From: an uncultured Acidobacteriota bacterium
GTDB lineage: Bacteria; Acidobacteriota; Terriglobia; Acidiferrales; UBA7541
Length of the DNA: 64,000 bases
Assembly (NCBI GenBank): GCA_963781995.1
Contig: CAWAHR010000001.1
Coordinates: forward strand, 761,744-825,743
Direction: 5' to 3'
The notes below the pieces were generated by a model. That model was not told the origin of the DNA, made no database searches, and saw nothing but the letters and a program-made list of their open reading frames with translations. Below, piece after piece: positions 63,129 through 64,000 of this stretch (position 1 is the first letter of the stretch; each line of letters starts with the position of its first letter). The position numbers and the translations under genes were made by a program.

Positions 63129-64000
63129 TTAAGCGGGAAGAGAGATGCCGCGGGTCCAGACCTGGGTGATGTTCAGGCCTTCCTCGAGGAGGAGGAGGTC
63201 GGCGTCGGCGCCGGGGCGGAGCGAGCCCTTCTTGAACTCGATGCCCAGGAGAGTGGCGGGATTTAGCGTGAGCATGCGCAGGGCGTCGGCGAGTGGCGCG
63301 CCGAGGCTGGCGATGTTACGCAGGGCGCGGTCGAGCGTCAGCGTGGAGCCCGCGAGTTTTCCTTCGGCGTTTCGGCAGACGCCGCCGCTGACCGTGACTT
63401 CAAAATTCCCCAGAATATATTTCCCGTCGGGCATGCCGGTAGCGGAGGTGCCGTCGCTTACCAGGATTACGCCGGCGGCGCCCTTGGCTTGCAGCAGCAG
63501 GCGCATGGCGGTTTCGTCGACGTGCACGCCGTCGGCGATCAACTCGGCGGTGATTTCCGGCGTGGTGAGCACCGCGCCGATGACGCCGGAATCGCGGTGT
63601 GAAAAGGGGCGCATGGCGTTGTAGACGTGGACGGCGTGGTGTGCGCCGCGAGCGATGGCGGCGCGGGCTTGTTCGTAATTGGCGTCGGTGTGGCCGATGG
63701 CGACGATCAGCCCCGCTTTGTGCGCGGCGTCGATGCAGGGCATGGCGCCCAAAAGTTCCGGGGCGATGGTGAGAATCCGTGCGTTGCCCTTAGCCGCGGC
63801 AATGAATTTTTCAAGCAGATCGGCGGAAGGAAGTTTGAGGAATTCAGAGGGGTGCACGCCCCGGCGGATGGAGCTGATAAACGGACCTTCAAAATGGATG
63901 CCGAGGATATCGGCGCGGGGATCATCGGACTGGTGCTGCCGGCAAATATAGCTGGCGATGCCTTCCGCGCTTTGGCAGATGGATTCTGTGCTGGCGGTTA
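63129..64000 (-). CDS. nagA: N-acetylglucosamine-6-phosphate deacetylase; 5' part lies outside the window
   Basis: ILGIHFEGPF, TIAPEL, GHTDA, HVYNAM, IADGVHV, LAGSTL. Confidence 0.93.
   Translation of the reverse strand, partial: TASTESICQSAEGIASYICRQHQSDDPRADILGIHFEGPFISSIRRGVHPSEFLKLPSADLLEKFIAAAKGNARILTIAPELLGAMPCIDAAHKAGLIVAIGHTDANYEQARAAIARGAHHAVHVYNAMRPFSHRDSGVIGAVLTTPEITAELIADGVHVDETAMRLLLQAKGAAGVILVSDGTSATGMPDGKYILGNFEVTVSGGVCRNAEGKLAGSTLTLDRALRNIASLGAPLADALRMLTLNPATLLGIEFKKGSLRPGADADLLLLEEGLNITQVWTRGISLPA

Overview
Bacterial chromosomal window, high GC (roughly 60-65% in core genes, judged from a few hand-counted lines). The gene content and intergenic repeat style suggest Acidobacteriota (Terriglobia-like); this is an inference. 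The backbone is housekeeping: gltA, pirin, serC, rnr, an NCS2 permease, tRNA-Leu(CAG), glpX, an acyl-CoA dehydrogenase, metC, the b'-b-delta-alpha-gamma-beta-epsilon ATP synthase cluster and a partial nagA. It also carries many secreted or membrane proteins (a DUF1800/DUF1501 pair, a PIG-L deacetylase, an FGE-domain protein, a patatin). The most unusual part is a lower-GC 4.2 kb island at 7.5-11.7 kb. It encodes a nucleoside-deoxyribosyltransferase-like/MazG fusion followed by an alpha-toroid/AAA ATPase fusion, and is bracketed by 70 bp inverted arms with identical internal spacing: a candidate uncharacterised nucleotide-targeting defence or conflict module. Other highlights are a candidate stand-alone structured sRNA at ~16.07-16.18 kb, an apparently exported nucleoside hydrolase + cytidine deaminase pair opposite a nucleobase permease, and nine copies of a TGTC-tagged palindromic repeat whose inner stem covaries. 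Many genes between 28 and 53 kb contain frameshifts that look like sequencing indels. No CRISPR array, rRNA, integrase or transposase was seen. All protein calls come from motif recognition by eye; no database search was run.
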